A DNA stretch of 64,000 bases, from positions 266,042,001 to 266,106,000 of the forward strand of contig OZ024743.1 in assembly GCA_964016885.1 (NCBI GenBank), given 5' to 3'. Source of the stretch: Eledone cirrhosa. Taxonomy: Eukaryota. Shown here one piece after another: positions 1-13,757 of this stretch. The notes beneath the pieces are model-generated. The model had not been told where the DNA came from. It saw only the letters and a program-made list of their open reading frames with translations, and ran no database searches. Position 1 is the first letter of the stretch; the number at the start of each line of letters is the position of its first letter. Position numbers and translations under genes: made by a program.

Positions 1-720
1 TAAATTAGCCTACATGCTCCTTTTTATCTCTTTCTATCTTCTTTGTGCATATGTGTATCTCTGTGCATTTGTTTGTATGTACAGACGTACTCTGTGTCAA
101 TGTATTGTGTGGCAGAACTAATTTAGTATTTCTTCAATGAAATGTCTGAGGCATGCTTCATTTTAAGCAATTAAAAAAAATATTTTCCTCAAACTTGAAT
201 AGAGGAAATATTTTATCTTCTTTTCAATTTGAAATTATTCTTGGTCTAATATTTCGAAGATATTAACATTTGCATTCAATCTGTGTTTGTAAATTTGAAA
301 GAGATTCAGTCTTTCCGTTGTAATTTTTTAAGTTAAAATTCCAAAAGACATTTGTATATTCACCACAAACCATTTGACGGCCATTTTATTTTCTCTTCAA
401 AGACAGAAATTCGCTCTCAAATCAAGGGAATTTTACCACTTCATTTTCTTTTTATATTTTGTGTGAAAAAAGACAAAATGAATAAGAATATAGTGAGATT
501 TCTGTCGCCATGAATTTTAATAAGAAATAAATGCGAAATGGCGTTGACTTACAAAAGGTTTACCAAAATAGCTTAAACAAATAAGATTGTGTTAAATATG
601 GTTCGAATTGATTAAATGTCAGATGCGCAACTACATACCATTACACACACACACTCACACACACACATGTACATATATCAATTTTACTCATAACAGATTG
701 GAGACAAATAACCTTTTAAT

Positions 721-780
<60 letters not shown>

Positions 781-782
<2 letters not shown>

Positions 783-1610
783 CAGTGCTAAGTGACTGGG
801 GAAGATTTTGCCGGAGAACGAGATCGATATCGATGGAGAACTTATTGATGGCATGATGTCGTAATATGAATGCCTCAGTATTTGTGTTCGAAAAAAATGC
901 GCTAAGTCGAAACCATTCAACGTGGATATCGGACCCCGCCAATGCCGCATTCTCTGATCGCACCTGTTCATCATATTCATAGACAGGATTGACATGTGCA
1001 GCCGGATTGGAAGTGATATCAAAACTGATGAGTGTAGGACCAGTCGACTGGAATTGAGGGACGACATAGTATTACTTAACTACTATAAAACTGATCTTCG
1101 ACATGGTAATGTTACTGCCGGGTGCGGATGGGGAGCAATATAAATCAGTGCTACAGAGACTGAAAATCTCGTCTTCCTAAGCAAGCCCGTGCAGTGCATT
1201 GTACATGTGAATGGAGTTCCACTGAAGTAGTAGGTGAAAAAGATCATTTACCCCGGGACCGTGTCCACGTGTTATGTATGGCAAAAAACTGGCAGTAATG
1301 CGCCAGCATCAGCATTTGGTCGTCAGCCGAAGAGAGGTAGAAGCTAAGATCGTTATCTTCAGTTCGGTATTCGGAACAGCCCCTGTTTATAGATTTGATT
1401 CTTGAGCATTAAGCGAAAGAATACGATCGCGAATACAACCGGCAAAAATGGGATTCCTCCGAAGTGTCTATGGAGTAACATTTGGTCTCCTTTGTGAATC
1501 CAGCCAGATCAATTACAGACAGTAGCTTCTGAGAGGACTCACTGGAAGGCGTGTTTGAGAATCTGCTACCACCGCCCTCCAAGGAATAAGTTGATGAGGA
1601 CGAACTAGAA
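781..1610 (+). mobile_element. Degenerate RTE-clade LINE fragment (RT core and C-terminal region)
   Basis: From 901 it reads AKSKPFNVDIGPRQCRIL*SHLFIIFIDRI, a decayed GLRQGCxLSPxLF RT motif. Near 1405-1480 it reads ALSERIRSRIQPAKMGFLRSVYGVT, matching RTE-type 'RIQAAEMGFLR'. Multiple stops; flanked by (TA)n. Confidence 0.7.
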
Positions 1611-1880
1611 GAAGATATATATATATATATATATATATATATGGGTGAGTTTTTTACATTCATTTAATTTATTAATTTATTGATATTTTATTTGAGTTAC
1701 CCGAATCTTCCTGGTCGTCCTTTTTCGGCTGCACGGATGATTTTAGGCATGATCTCTATGTGTTGGTATTTTAACGATAGTTATAGCTCTGATTGTTCAC
1801 AATTATTGAGCCCTCTGCCACATATATCGGATATTGTTTATCGTGATTTCGTGGGCTGATATTCCGATTCTCGATTATTC

Positions 1881-1957
<77 letters not shown>

Positions 1958-1994
1958 ATTAAATAAATGGAAACTATATTTATAAAACCATATT

Positions 1995-2060
1995 TATTTC
2001 ATTATATATATTTCAGGGATATCATATTAACAATATGCTATGCCTTCCTCAGACAAAATA
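1995..2060 (-). ncRNA. Type I hammerhead ribozyme (family A)
   Basis: Reverse complement of the 3231-3296 motif: tattttgt CTGAGGA [stem II] GAAA tatata TA atgaaata. Confidence 0.75.
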
Positions 2061-3230
2061 CAATATAAACAGTTTTATAGATAAATAGATTCGACATACC
2101 GTAACAACATCGACTTGTATTTGAAAAAGTTGAATTGGCAGTGAAAAAATTGTACACAGAGAGAAAGAAAGAGAGAAAAAAGAAAGAAAGACAGAGAACG
2201 AAGAAAAAGAAGAAAAAGAAGAAATGCATGGAACAAAATAGAGAGATGGAAAGATAGATAAAGAGAAGAACTTCATGTAAAGAAACAGAGAGAGATATAT
2301 ATATATATAGAGAGAGGAAATAGAGATAGATACATATATATAGAAAACTAGGTAGTGGGACGTCTGTTGAGTAAACGTATCAATGATACATTTATTTATT
2401 TATTTATTTATTTAGCTCTAGTATTAATGTAAGGGAGATATATGGAGAGAAACCAGCTGTTATATAGAGAGAGAAAAAATATAGAGAGAGAAAAAAAATT
2501 TTAAAATAACCAGACATAGGCGAGGCGTAAAAACCCTATGTTTTAATGTAGAGGTATTAGTATTTATAAAAACCAGCCACTATATTGTAAATATCAGTAT
2601 TCCTGAATGAGACATGTGTCCATAATGTGTGAAAATTAATGATCTTATGTTTAGTTTAAAAAAAAAAAAATTCATATGTTTATGTGATAACTACAAACAT
2701 CTATGTGAATTTACATGATCAACTCTTCAAACCCTAAGTTCACGGAAAACATTCTCATTGTGGTATAAAAATTTAAGTATACATATATGTGTATATATAT
2801 ACACACAAATATATATAGAGTCAATATTACTATTCCTGTCTTTTCTCTACAAGATTATCTATCAAGCAGAAATAGAGAGCAGATTTCAATATACTAATAA
2901 AAATATAAATAAAAATATATATCAGAAACAAAACTAAAAAATAACAATAATAATAATAAGTAATAATAAAATAGAAAACTAAAAAATATTACGAAAGAAT
3001 ATTACATATTAAAAATATTACATATTAAAAATATTAAAAATAAAAATATTAGAAAATACTACAATAATAAAAATAAAAATAAAAATAAAAATAAACCACA
3101 AAGATCAACCCTTCAAAATTAATTGACAATATATTGCCAAGTTCACATACAAGTTCAAATACAAGTTCAAATACAAGTCGATGTTGTTACGGTATGTCGA
3201 ATCTATTTATCTATAAAACTGTTTATATTG

Positions 3231-3296
3231 TATTTTGTCTGAGGAAGGCATAGCATATTGTTAATATGATATCCCTGAAATATATATAATGAAATA
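3231..3296 (+). ncRNA. Type I hammerhead ribozyme (family A)
   Basis: Stem I tattttgt/atgaaata (2 GU pairs); core CTGAGGA; stem II agg-ata-catatt/aatatg-tat-cct; GAAA; palindromic stem III atatatat; cleavage triplet ATA. Confidence 0.75.
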
Positions 3297-3425
3297 AATA
3301 TGGTTTTATAAATATAGTTTCCATTTATTTAATATTGTAAATATACTCCAAATACTTGTCGAGTGCTTTTATATCAGTTATAAATATTTACTAGTTGTAA
3401 CCCAACAATTTAAATATAACTTTCC

Positions 3426-3459
<34 letters not shown>

Positions 3460-3478
3460 ATATACATACATACATACA

Positions 3479-3512
<34 letters not shown>

Positions 3513-3620
3513 CATACATACATATATATATATACATATATATATATACATTATGAAGAGAGAAGGAACATTTAGATATAATTAGTAATAAAATGTATCA
3601 TACATAAACTGCTCCTAGAT

Positions 3621-3710
3621 TCCTCGACTACGTAGTTTCGTGGCATAAACAAAAACAGTACATCATAAAGATATAGAGCCTTTGCGAGGTCTGCCGACTT
3701 ATCAAGAGGA
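3621..3710 (-). ncRNA. Hammerhead ribozyme, U3:A8 variant, array copy 1
   Basis: Minus strand reads tcctc TTGATAA gt(c)ggc...gccac GAAA ctacgtag TC gagga. Stem I tcctc/gagga, stem III palindrome actacgtagt, GUC cleavage predicted between 3626 and 3625. Confidence 0.85.
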
Positions 3711-4212
3711 TACCTCATTTTATAGCTTCAAGAACGCGTCTACACGACGTGAGAAAGAATCCCAAAATGCGGAGGGGGAGATAGTCACGCGATATAACGG
3801 TCGAGAAACAGAGCTAAGCCTCTTATAACCCCGAAGAAAATACCACGGAGGCGGAGGGGGTATTTATATCGAAGCCGTAGAAGAGGTGGTAAAGGAGGCG
3901 AGAAGTATGAGTAATGGCAGCTTTCCAGCAGTCACTACACTTCAAAGATTACTCGACCAGAGGGAGTTATGAACAATATATTTAAAAACACACAGATACA
4001 TGCGGACACATACATATACATGAATGCATCCACATCCAACTGTGAGTCAATGATGCCAACCTTACCGATGTTGCTCAATGAATGACCGGGACAGACCAAT
4101 CCGGTTGAACCAGACTGAACCAGTATCAGAGTTAAAAATACATTATGAAGAGAGAAGGAACATTTAGATATAATTAGTAATAAAATGTATCATACCTAAA
4201 CTGCTCCTAGAT

Positions 4213-4302
4213 TCCTCGACTACGTAGTTTCGTGGCATAAACAAAAACAGTACATCATAAAGATATAGAGCCTTTGCGAGGTCTGCCGACTTATCAAGAG
4301 GA
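4213..4302 (-). ncRNA. Hammerhead ribozyme, U3:A8 variant, array copy 2
   Basis: Same motif as 3621-3710, shifted by 592 nt. Confidence 0.85.
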
Positions 4303-4803
4303 TACCTCATTTTATAGCTTCAAGAACGCGTCTACACGACGTGAGAAAGAATCCCAAAAGGCGGAGGGGAGATAGTCACGCGATATAACGGTCGAGAAAC
4401 AGAGCTAAGTCTCTTATAACCCCGAAGAAAATACCACGGAGGCGGAGGGGGTATTTATATCGAAGCCGTAGAAGAGGTGGTAAAGGAGGCGAGAAGTATG
4501 AGTAATGGCAGCTTTCCAGCAGTCACTACACTTCAAAAATTACTCGACCAGAGGGAGTTATGAACAATATATTTAGAAACACACAGATACATGAGGACAC
4601 ATACATATACATGAATGCATCCACATCCAACTGTGAGTCAATGATGCCAACCTTACCGATGTTGCTCAATGAATGACCGGGACAGACCAATCCGGTTGAA
4701 CCAGACTGAACCAGTATCAGAGTTAAAAATACATTATGAAGAGAGAAGGAACATTTAGATATAATTAGTAATAAAATGCATCATACATAAACTGCTCCTA
4801 GAT

Positions 4804-4893
4804 TCCTCGACTACGTAGTTTCGTGGCATAAACAAAAACAGTACATCATAAAGATATAGAGCCTTTGCGAGGTCTGCCGACTTATCAAGAGGA
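4804..4893 (-). ncRNA. Hammerhead ribozyme, U3:A8 variant, array copy 3
   Basis: Same motif as 4213-4302, shifted by 591 nt. Confidence 0.85.
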
Positions 4894-7800
4894 TACCTCA
4901 TTTTATAGCTTCAAGAACGCGTCAACACGGCGTGAGAAAGAATCCCAAAATGCGGAGGGGGAGATAGTCACGCGATATAACGGTCGAGAAACAGAGCTAA
5001 GCCTCTTATAACCCCGAAGAAAATACCACGCAGGCGGAGGGGGTATTTATATCGAAGCCGTAGAAGAGGTGGTAAAGGAGGCGAGAAGTATGAGTAATGG
5101 CAGCTTTCCAGCAGTCACTACACTTCAAACATTACTCGACCAGAGGGAGTTATGAACAATATATTTAGAAACACACAGATACATGCGGACACATACATAT
5201 ACATGAATGCATCCACATCCAACTGTGAGTCAATGATGCTAACCTTACCGATGTTGCTCAATGAATGATATATATATGATGGCTGCAACTCTGCTAAGAG
5301 TATTGCAATCGCTTGTCAGATTCAGATGTGTGACGCTCGGATATGGCTTTTCAAGCCTGCTAGAGACTTGCACTCCTTCGCACATTGACGACAACTATGA
5401 TCTCCCTGGATTGAGGTCCTGCATCAGGTTGCCTGTGAACCCTCATAACACCGTGGAGATGATAGTTCACTGGTTCTCTTTGAACATGGATGCGACTGTG
5501 TCTCCTGAGGCCTGATTTGCTCAAGCAAATCCTTTCCACACTCAGGGCACTTCAGTTAAATGGGTATATATATTCAACGTGCAGACATATACAGAAAAGT
5601 GTGAGTCTGTGTATATGCTTCTTACTCACTTTAATTGGACAAGAATAACTTCAAGCACGAATATATAAACTGAACGCATTACTAACTAGGTACACACACA
5701 CACGCACACACATATATATATATGTGGGGGGGGGGGGGGGCGTGTATAATATCTTATCATACACGGTATGTTTACGAATAAATATTTGGTAAGCCTTCTA
5801 GTAGCTATAAATTTTGAAAAGATGAGGGCTAGCACCATCTAGTGGTTTCCAACATAGTTGTGTGTTGGGGGTGAGTGGTGGTGGTGGTGGTGGTTGTTGG
5901 GGGTGTTGAGGCAACTGCCAAAGCTCTTTTGGCTCTGGTTGTTATCGGGACAGTGTTTCTTCTGCTCTCTGCTGGAATTTGAAATTGACGAAAATGTATG
6001 TTATTCGACTATATAAATGAGCTGATCAGCCCCAGTTGCATATAGAGCTGTACAAGCCGACTAAGCTTGATAGTTGAATTAAAGCTTTCGCTCCGTATAC
6101 GTATAAGTATGTGAATTTCGTATATCTAATGGTATACGGTATGTTTACGAATAAACATTTGGAAAACGTTCTAGCTGTGTTTATTGAAAGCTGACGGTGC
6201 GTATTTATTTGTATGCGATAGTATGTGTGTGTATGTATGTGTGTAGGTGTGTATATACATAATGAGTTGAAGTTCCACGAACGGGTTGTTTAAATATATA
6301 TATATATGTAGTTATATATATATATATATTATATAACCCCAGTCCCACACACTCTCACACTCACACGCACACACACATATATATGTACATATGCCTTGTG
6401 TGTGGATTTTAACGAATAAGTTCCTTTAGAACGTTAATTTTATTCAACATTTTCAACTATGTTATTGCATTATACTTCGAAGATTGTAATGAGAACAACG
6501 TGATTTGATTCTATTTCTAGCAGACACATCTACAAATCAGTTTACAATTGACATGAATAGCTTAAGTTGTCAATATCTAGAATAGGTGCAGCCGTTACAT
6601 TGACAAATAGTTCTCAATGAGCAGATAATCCTTTGAAATCTATATTTCCCGATGTCACATTTCGCAGACATTTAATTCCAACCAAAAACAGTTTAAGCGA
6701 ACTTAGTACACTTTAGTATCATTGAGAACGATATACGTGGTATTACCCACATATTATAAATTCGTTCCAAAATCTTCAAAATAAATTACAATTTTTATGA
6801 GTATATCCTTCAGAGAGTAAGACAAAACGCTTTTGATGCATCCGACATTATCTGTGCTGTGAGTTCAAATGGCATCTTGTTTAAATTAACTCTTCAACTT
6901 TTCAGCGTCAGGGCGCTGCACTAGTATATTCTTAAAACGTCTGACGAGATACCTTGCCATGTAAATTTTTCCGTCATTTTGCATTCTGAAAAATTTAATG
7001 AAATCTTAAATCATTATCCGGCCCAACAGCAACTCATGAATGACCATTGGATGTCTTTAGCGGAATCTATTCTGTAACAAATATTCTGGCTAAGTCTTAG
7101 GTGGGAGAATGCCTTCCTTTCTTCTTCCATTATAACACTATTGGAATCCTTCAATCGTGTCAAGCATGTTACCGTCACTCTTCGACTAAACAATAAAGAA
7201 GTGTTATGGATAAATGCATGCTCGTAATGTGGCTCAACAATATAACACATTATTTTAGATATCTTCATATTTAGCCTCATGTAAGATATGCTCAAGCCCA
7301 CCTATGGTGAAATGAGTCAAGTCATTGACACCACCTTTCTTTAGAAACTTGTAATTTCTTATTTCACACAGTAAGATGTGATATGGGGGATTTTGTTGTT
7401 TTATAAAAGCAGATTTATCAATCTAAAACCTTCGAGAAAGAAACATTTGAATCCTGGTTTATCTTTTGCTGCTGCTTTTAATGATATTTTTGTTCATGAA
7501 TGCTGTTATTGTTTCTGTTGTTTTTGGCCCACTTCAGCCATCTGCATTTGGCGATATTTTTCAGAGGCTTTCCCACTGTTAATCCAGTCGTTTTGCATAC
7601 CAAAGTCTGTATTTATCAGAGGAACCTCTTTATTCAACAGGCTACTGTGTGATTTGGGGGATACTTGGTGATATTTCTGGCTCACTAGGTAACACTGGGA
7701 GGCTCCATTTTTTGGTTAAGGGTTTCCTTGTTGGCACCAACATCACGTAGATTTTATTGAAATATTGTCATTTTTTAAAACAAAGTCAACTCGGATTGAT

Positions 7801-8213
7801 CCGACCTATAATGTATGAAACGCATTTTAACCGTAATAGTTCCTTCTTTATTTCAGACGTAATATATCTAATACATAGTTCAGTGTGCGATTTAAGTGAA
7901 ATGTGACTGCTATAGATAGTAGGATGAGTAAATTCATTTATATCTTTCAATTTAGATAGGGTGATTGATGAAGAATCATGATCGTCTTCATAAATGCGAT
8001 GATTGCATTTGTGTTAATAATACTAATAATATCTGCCGAGACATCGTCACGTCTCTTACTTTGATAAAACAGAGATTTTATCATTAATGTTCGCCTACGT
8101 TATATTTATTATTAATATGTTTGATAACTATTTCGGATTTTTTATTGTTATTATGGCTACCCGTAATTGGACTCTAGTTGTTTATATATACGTCACACAC
8201 ACACACACACATA

Positions 8214-8296
<83 letters not shown>

Positions 8297-10345
8297 TGTA
8301 CTACCTCTGCCTTTCATCTTCTTTTGTTTAACTTTTTAGCGTGGTTCTTTACAAATTGCTTAACGAGATTTTTTTTTTCTCGTGAGTGGAAACTACAATG
8401 ATTCTTTCAAAATATGTTATTAATGATGACCATAGTTAATTACGCTCCCGATTGATTATAACTTCTCACAAGAGGTGACATCGAGCTGAACAAAAATCGG
8501 GTAAACTCGGGAGAGAGGCGTGTTCAATAATTCGTATATTAGTTGTCTCAGAACCATCATTGAACTATATTCACCCCTATATATTTATATATGGGTGTGT
8601 GTATGTGTGTGTTTGTGTGTGTGTGTGTGTGTGTATACTGAATCGTATTCTTCAAAACCGCTGCGGTTACGAAACCTAAAACCCACTAAAGAACTGAAGA
8701 AATATGTGCTTAGTAGAATAGGAACACAATCAGTTAAATATCATGTTTACATTTTTGTTGTCTTTGATAGACGTGTTCATTATCACATAGTCATTTACAA
8801 TCGATCAAATCTAATCCTCAAATGCATCTAAACAGCGACAATCCATCGTCTGTGTCTATATTGTACAACGTACTTTTCTTAATTTTTTTTCACACTGGGA
8901 ATCACATCTACTATATCTAGCATTCCAAGAGATCACGTATACACTCATTCTTTTGACTCCGTGTTAGATTGTTAGCTTAGAATTGACCTTATAAGTTGTT
9001 GATGACGTCAGCGCTCCAGCAAACATATGCCAACATACATGCCAGTAACCAGAAACCCAACTCTTTCATCTGCAACATTTAGGACTATAGTATTCATCAT
9101 ATCGTTTATTGTTTATATTTTTGTGGTTTGAGTGGCGAGAGCTACTCGTATTTCTATCTGGTCGAGAGAGGGAGCAGCTACATGCTCTTCTGTTAGCAAA
9201 ATTGTCAGTTAATCCTCTGCTGTCATTGTTTCTGTACTTGGTGATGTTGTTTAGCCCATGGTCTTTATTGAATGTGCAAAATCATGATCAAAACATTCCA
9301 GCCATGTCTTAATATGTCTTTCCTCTTGTTAGGCGGCTGGTTGTGATAGGAATATTTGGCTGTTATATTTGATAATACTAACACGTAGGCAGACCTTCAT
9401 ACTCTCTCTCATGTCTATGTTGCCCATTTTATATTTTTATATTGCCCAACAAGGCTACCCATACTTTAATATATATATATAAACATAACGGTATCAACAA
9501 GCATCCGATATCGCTTACAATAAAATAAATTACGATAGCATCCATTCATACAATTTACAGAATTTAATTTCCTACAATCGTTTCATACTTTTATACATTA
9601 TTTGTTTCCCTTTTAACATTTTTCTTGGCAAATGAAAGTGACCTATTCGTAATTTGGTGATAAATCGGTTATTCTACAGTTTCATTTATTTTCAGTTACA
9701 TTCATTATCCTAATCGGTTCCATCACTTCCATTTTGTAACGACCATATCGCATGCTAGTCTATACCGTCACCTATATAAGTGTTCAACAATTATACAGAA
9801 CTCAACAACAAAATGAGCAATGACGATCGCCAGCACGGAAGCATTGGACCTGTTAGAATTAGTGTCACATCTCTTTTGAACCACAACAAAAAAGAATGAA
9901 CAGACTGTATAATGCAATCCTATAAGTCTGAAAAATAAGATGATATGGGCATTGTTAATCAAAGGTCTGACAAATAATGTCTAAACTAAGGTTTAAAAAA
10001 CAACAGCATTGTTTAATAAAATTCACAGGATTTAATTGACAACCCCGAATTAATCTCCTCTTCTTATTCGTCATTTCTGCTGATTATATAGGGGATTTGA
10101 ACTTAGCATACTTTATTGTTCACCCCTTTATGTTATTGTTCACCAACCTCATTTTCTCTATACTTGCATACTCTACTTAATTGGTACCTAGAGAAAACAA
10201 TTTATATCTTCTCTCCGAATTAACCTCAATAATTATTTATTCTTTTTTAATATACCGGACAACAAAAACAATACTCATGTCATCAACTAATCGTGTTTGC
10301 TTCGTGCCCCACAAATAATACTACATTGTACAAGTCGCTCTATAG

Positions 10346-10377
<32 letters not shown>

Positions 10378-11277
10378 AGTGTGTGTGTATGTGTGCGTGT
10401 GTGTGTGTGTATGTGTGTATGTGTGTGTGCGCGTACCTGTGTGTGTGTGTGTGTGTGTAGGATACCTGTAGATAAAGCATTAAGGAAAACAATGCTCAAA
10501 CTATTGAAAAAGATCTTACTTAGTATAAAACATGTTTCATACACTTAACATGGATATACGGCCATTGGTTAAGGATCCAGTTATGGCTTCCGCTGTATAT
10601 TGGAGGAGGCTCTTCCAAACTGCCCACTCACCAATCACTGGGACAAATTTAAGAAAAAAGGAATTCCTTTAGCCGACTATATTTGGTTTTAACCAGAGGA
10701 GAGTTTCATATTAGAAAAAAGGAAGGTGTTTCCTGGCTGTTTAAACAGTCAGCATTAATTTCTCTGTGTGCAATATGCATGTGGAATGAGGTGTGCGCTA
10801 ATTATCTAAAACCTTTAATCTCCTTGAATAAGACTGCTTATGAAAGATATGTGCTAGCAGCCAAAGTATGTGATAAGATATATCTGTATAAATACCTACA
10901 TGGCTATTTATTAGACATATGTATATGATTATACACGTTAGTGCAGTCTCAGTTATACACTCAGTATTTATTCCGATATAAGCTTCAGTAGTTATCGCAC
11001 CTCTAACTATATGCTTAATTAATTAACAAGTTCGAGCGCTACTTGTATGCAAATTAGTACGTCCATTTCAGAATATTACTAGACCCGAATAGATAGATAT
11101 CCCCATAAGAACATGTTGCCTTGGGGTTGATTGGATGCTAAACAGAATTAGATCCCAAAATCGATTAAAAATGTTCATCTTTTTTTTTCAATTTCCAGGA
11201 AAATTTGTATTTTCGGGCATATTTATTAGACATTGTGCAATCTCGATTACAGAGTCTGTATTTATATAGATAAAGTT

Positions 11278-11345
<68 letters not shown>

Positions 11346-11370
11346 AAATAAAATAAAATAAAATAAATAA

Positions 11371-11990
11371 GTCAAATGTTTAAAATTTGGCTTTGTTTAT
11401 TACTGCTATATATATTTCGGTGACAGCCATCTTTGGCTGTGACCTCTTCAGGCAGTGCGAATTAGTGTGGTAGAGACAAGTACACATGTTGTTGAGGTGT
11501 ATACATTTGTCAATACTCTGATATGCCCAATTCCTGGTTGGGCTGTTATTTCACCGAGGAACTGGAATCATATGTATTCAAACAAACGAATTTCAGCGTC
11601 AAAAGCATCTCCTCCTCTCATTGGTCAGTTGTTAGAACATTCCTCAGTCACATGTCTATTGAAATTCGTGCTGAGGCAGGCCAATCTGTAGTTGTTGTTC
11701 TTGTTATTGTTAGGTACATCTGACCTCTATTCTTGTGTTGGTAGTGGTGTTATTGTTGGAGTCAGCTAAAAAAAAGTGATAAAGTGGTAGAAGGAATAAG
11801 ATGGTAAAGGAACAAAATGAAATAAAATAATCGAATACAATGTGTGTGTGTGTTATACCCATCTCAATGTTATAAAGATTTGTAAGGTCAAATTTCCCAT
11901 TGGTCAGTTTTGAGAACATTCCTCAGTCAAAAAGTCTATAGAAATTATTTCTGTGGTGAGGCTCCCTGTAACCAACATATACTCAAAAGT
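11371..11990 (-). mobile_element. Non-autonomous PLE-like element, family B
   Basis: Shares its HHR, tail (aaatttggctt.gtttatta) and 'ccgaggaactggaa.catatg' with 18101-18460. Internal ~50 bp direct repeat at ~11619 and ~11898. Right boundary approximate. Confidence 0.55.
11402..11456 (-). ncRNA. Type I hammerhead ribozyme (family B)
   Basis: Minus strand reads actgc CTGAAGA ggtcacagcc-aaagat-ggctgtcacc GAAA tatata TA gcagt. Canonical core, 5-bp stem I, 9/10-bp stem II. Confidence 0.85.
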
Positions 11991-12149
11991 TATATATATA
12001 TGTGTGCGTGAGTGTTAGTGATTTCAGAGTTGATTAATATTAATAAATGCTTAGTTCATCGAACACGTTTTCTCGTTATTAACACTTCTATCATAGAAGA
12101 TGTTATTAAAATATTGTCATTTTTTAAAACAAAGTCTATATAGAAGTAG

Positions 12150-12245
12150 GTGGTGGAATGGGCGAGTCGTTAGAGTGAGCACTGAACAAAATGTTTTGCA
12201 GTATTTAATTACGGTTCTATACATTGAGAATTCAAATCCGCATAT
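12150..12245 (+). mobile_element. tRNA-derived SINE head (degenerate)
   Basis: A-box-like 'tgggcgagtcgttagag' and B-box-like 'gaattcaaatcc', similar to the SINEs at 23363 and 49185. Confidence 0.5.
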
Positions 12246-12570
12246 AAAAGCCTTCTGTCGTCCATAGGAGATCCTGCGGAGGACCGAGTCGTGGACGCTA
12301 CAGAGAGTGGTCACGGTCGGTGCCGTCTGGCTGGCCATATTCTGCATCTGCCAAATGAACGGCATTCGAAAACAGCCATGAACTGGACTCCGCCTGGCGG
12401 TAAACGGAGGCGGTGTTGCCCAAGTATCACCTGGCAACGAACATTCCGGAAGGACCTGATGGCAGCCAACATCACCTGGCACGGTCTCGAAAAAGTTGCT
12501 GCTGATCGTCACCGTTGGCGAGTACATACTGCTCGATGCGCCACGGCGCGGAAGAACCTAAGACTAAGAC
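12246..12570 (+). mobile_element. RTE-clade LINE 3' end
   Basis: Reads LAGHILHLPNERHSKTAMNWTPPGGKRRR..P..TW..TFRKDL....W......A.DR..WR, the typical RTE C-terminus, followed by a (ctaaga)2 tail. Confidence 0.75.
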
Positions 12571-12905
12571 ATGTTCCATCCTTCCAAGGACGAGTACAGG
12601 CAATACACTGAATTAGGCAATACACTGAAATAGATGTTACGAATTCGGAACATGTTAGTCACTCATGGCACGTTTTCTATTCTGTCCGCCGGGGTCTCGG
12701 GGTGCCCAACACGTGGGCACCAAATTGCTCACAATAGTGGGAGATGGGGAGAGCGGGAAAGACGGAGGCAGTGACATTCGGAGTTTGGTTTTTTTGTGTT
12801 CGGACCTGGTGTATATATGGGTATATGAGAGAGAATGTGTCTTTTCCTCTACATATACCCACATTAAAAACTGCTCACCTGCAATACAAATTTGTTTTGG
12901 TATAG

Positions 12906-12969
12906 TTCTTTTACTGTCTTTATTGAAAGACATTTATTACCTCTCCTATATTGAGGCATTGCTAATGAG
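12906..12969 (+). CDS. Possible short host exon (hydrophobic, signal-peptide-like)
   Basis: T-rich acceptor 'tttgttttggtatag', donor 'gag|gtaaga', open frame VLLLSLLKDIYYLSYIEALLM. No homology evidence. Confidence 0.25.
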
Positions 12970-13091
12970 GTAAGATATATTTTTTTTAAATGTCTCTTTA
13001 TTTCTAGATTAAGAATAATCCTTATGTTAAAAAGAGCAAGGAATTAACATTATTGGTGAATGCAATAACATTTGCATTATGTAATTGAAGA

Positions 13092-13134
13092 ATGCACACA
13101 CACACACACACACACACAGACACTCACACACACG

Positions 13135-13172
<38 letters not shown>

Positions 13173-13507
13173 GGTAATTATATGTATACATATATTTATG
13201 TTTATAAGACAAAAAGGAGAAGTGTACATATGTACATATGTGTGTATGTGTGTATGTGTCGATTTGTTTGTGTGTACGTGTGTCTTTGCATGCGTTCATT
13301 ACCATATTTATAATTGTAGAGTTTTTATATTGGATTTTTTCTTCGATATTTCATTCATAAGTGCAAATACATTTGGCTAATTTTCGTATGTTGTCATATA
13401 TACTTGTATGTATGTATGTATGTATGTATGTATGTATGTATGTATGTATGTATGTATGTATGTATGTATGTATGTATGTGTATATATATATATATATATA
13501 TACATAC

Positions 13508-13547
<40 letters not shown>

Positions 13548-13549
13548 GT

Positions 13550-13613
<64 letters not shown>

Positions 13614-13677
13614 CTATACAGTGTGTCTATACATTCATACAAAGTTTCACACATACATACATACATGCACACACGTA

Positions 13678-13757
<80 letters not shown>

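Larger units (their letters stand above)
1953..3425 (+). mobile_element. Non-autonomous PLE-like element, family A, with inverted ends carrying hammerheads
   Basis: 1953-2125 is the reverse complement of ~3167-3339. Both arms contain an HHR. Bounded by (TA)n. The same family recurs at 15848-16163 and ~37560-37740. Confidence 0.7.
3546..5268 (-). mobile_element. Tandem array (~2.9 copies) of a 591-592 nt non-coding HHR-bearing unit; retrozyme-like
   Basis: 'cattatgaagag' recurs at 3549, 4141 and 4732 (periods 592 and 591). Units differ by a handful of substitutions. No ORF >=60 aa. One minus-strand HHR per unit. TA-rich repeats on both sides. Confidence 0.85.

Noticed and set aside
3546-5268. 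CRISPR array, or an ambisense viroid-like unit with ribozymes on both strands
   Set aside because: There is no repeat-spacer structure and the context is eukaryotic. I found no HHR core on the + strand of the unit.
7014-7745. Higher-complexity stretch with 95-97 aa ORFs
   Set aside because: No recognisable motif or convincing splice pair; could be a decayed element, but I cannot support a call.
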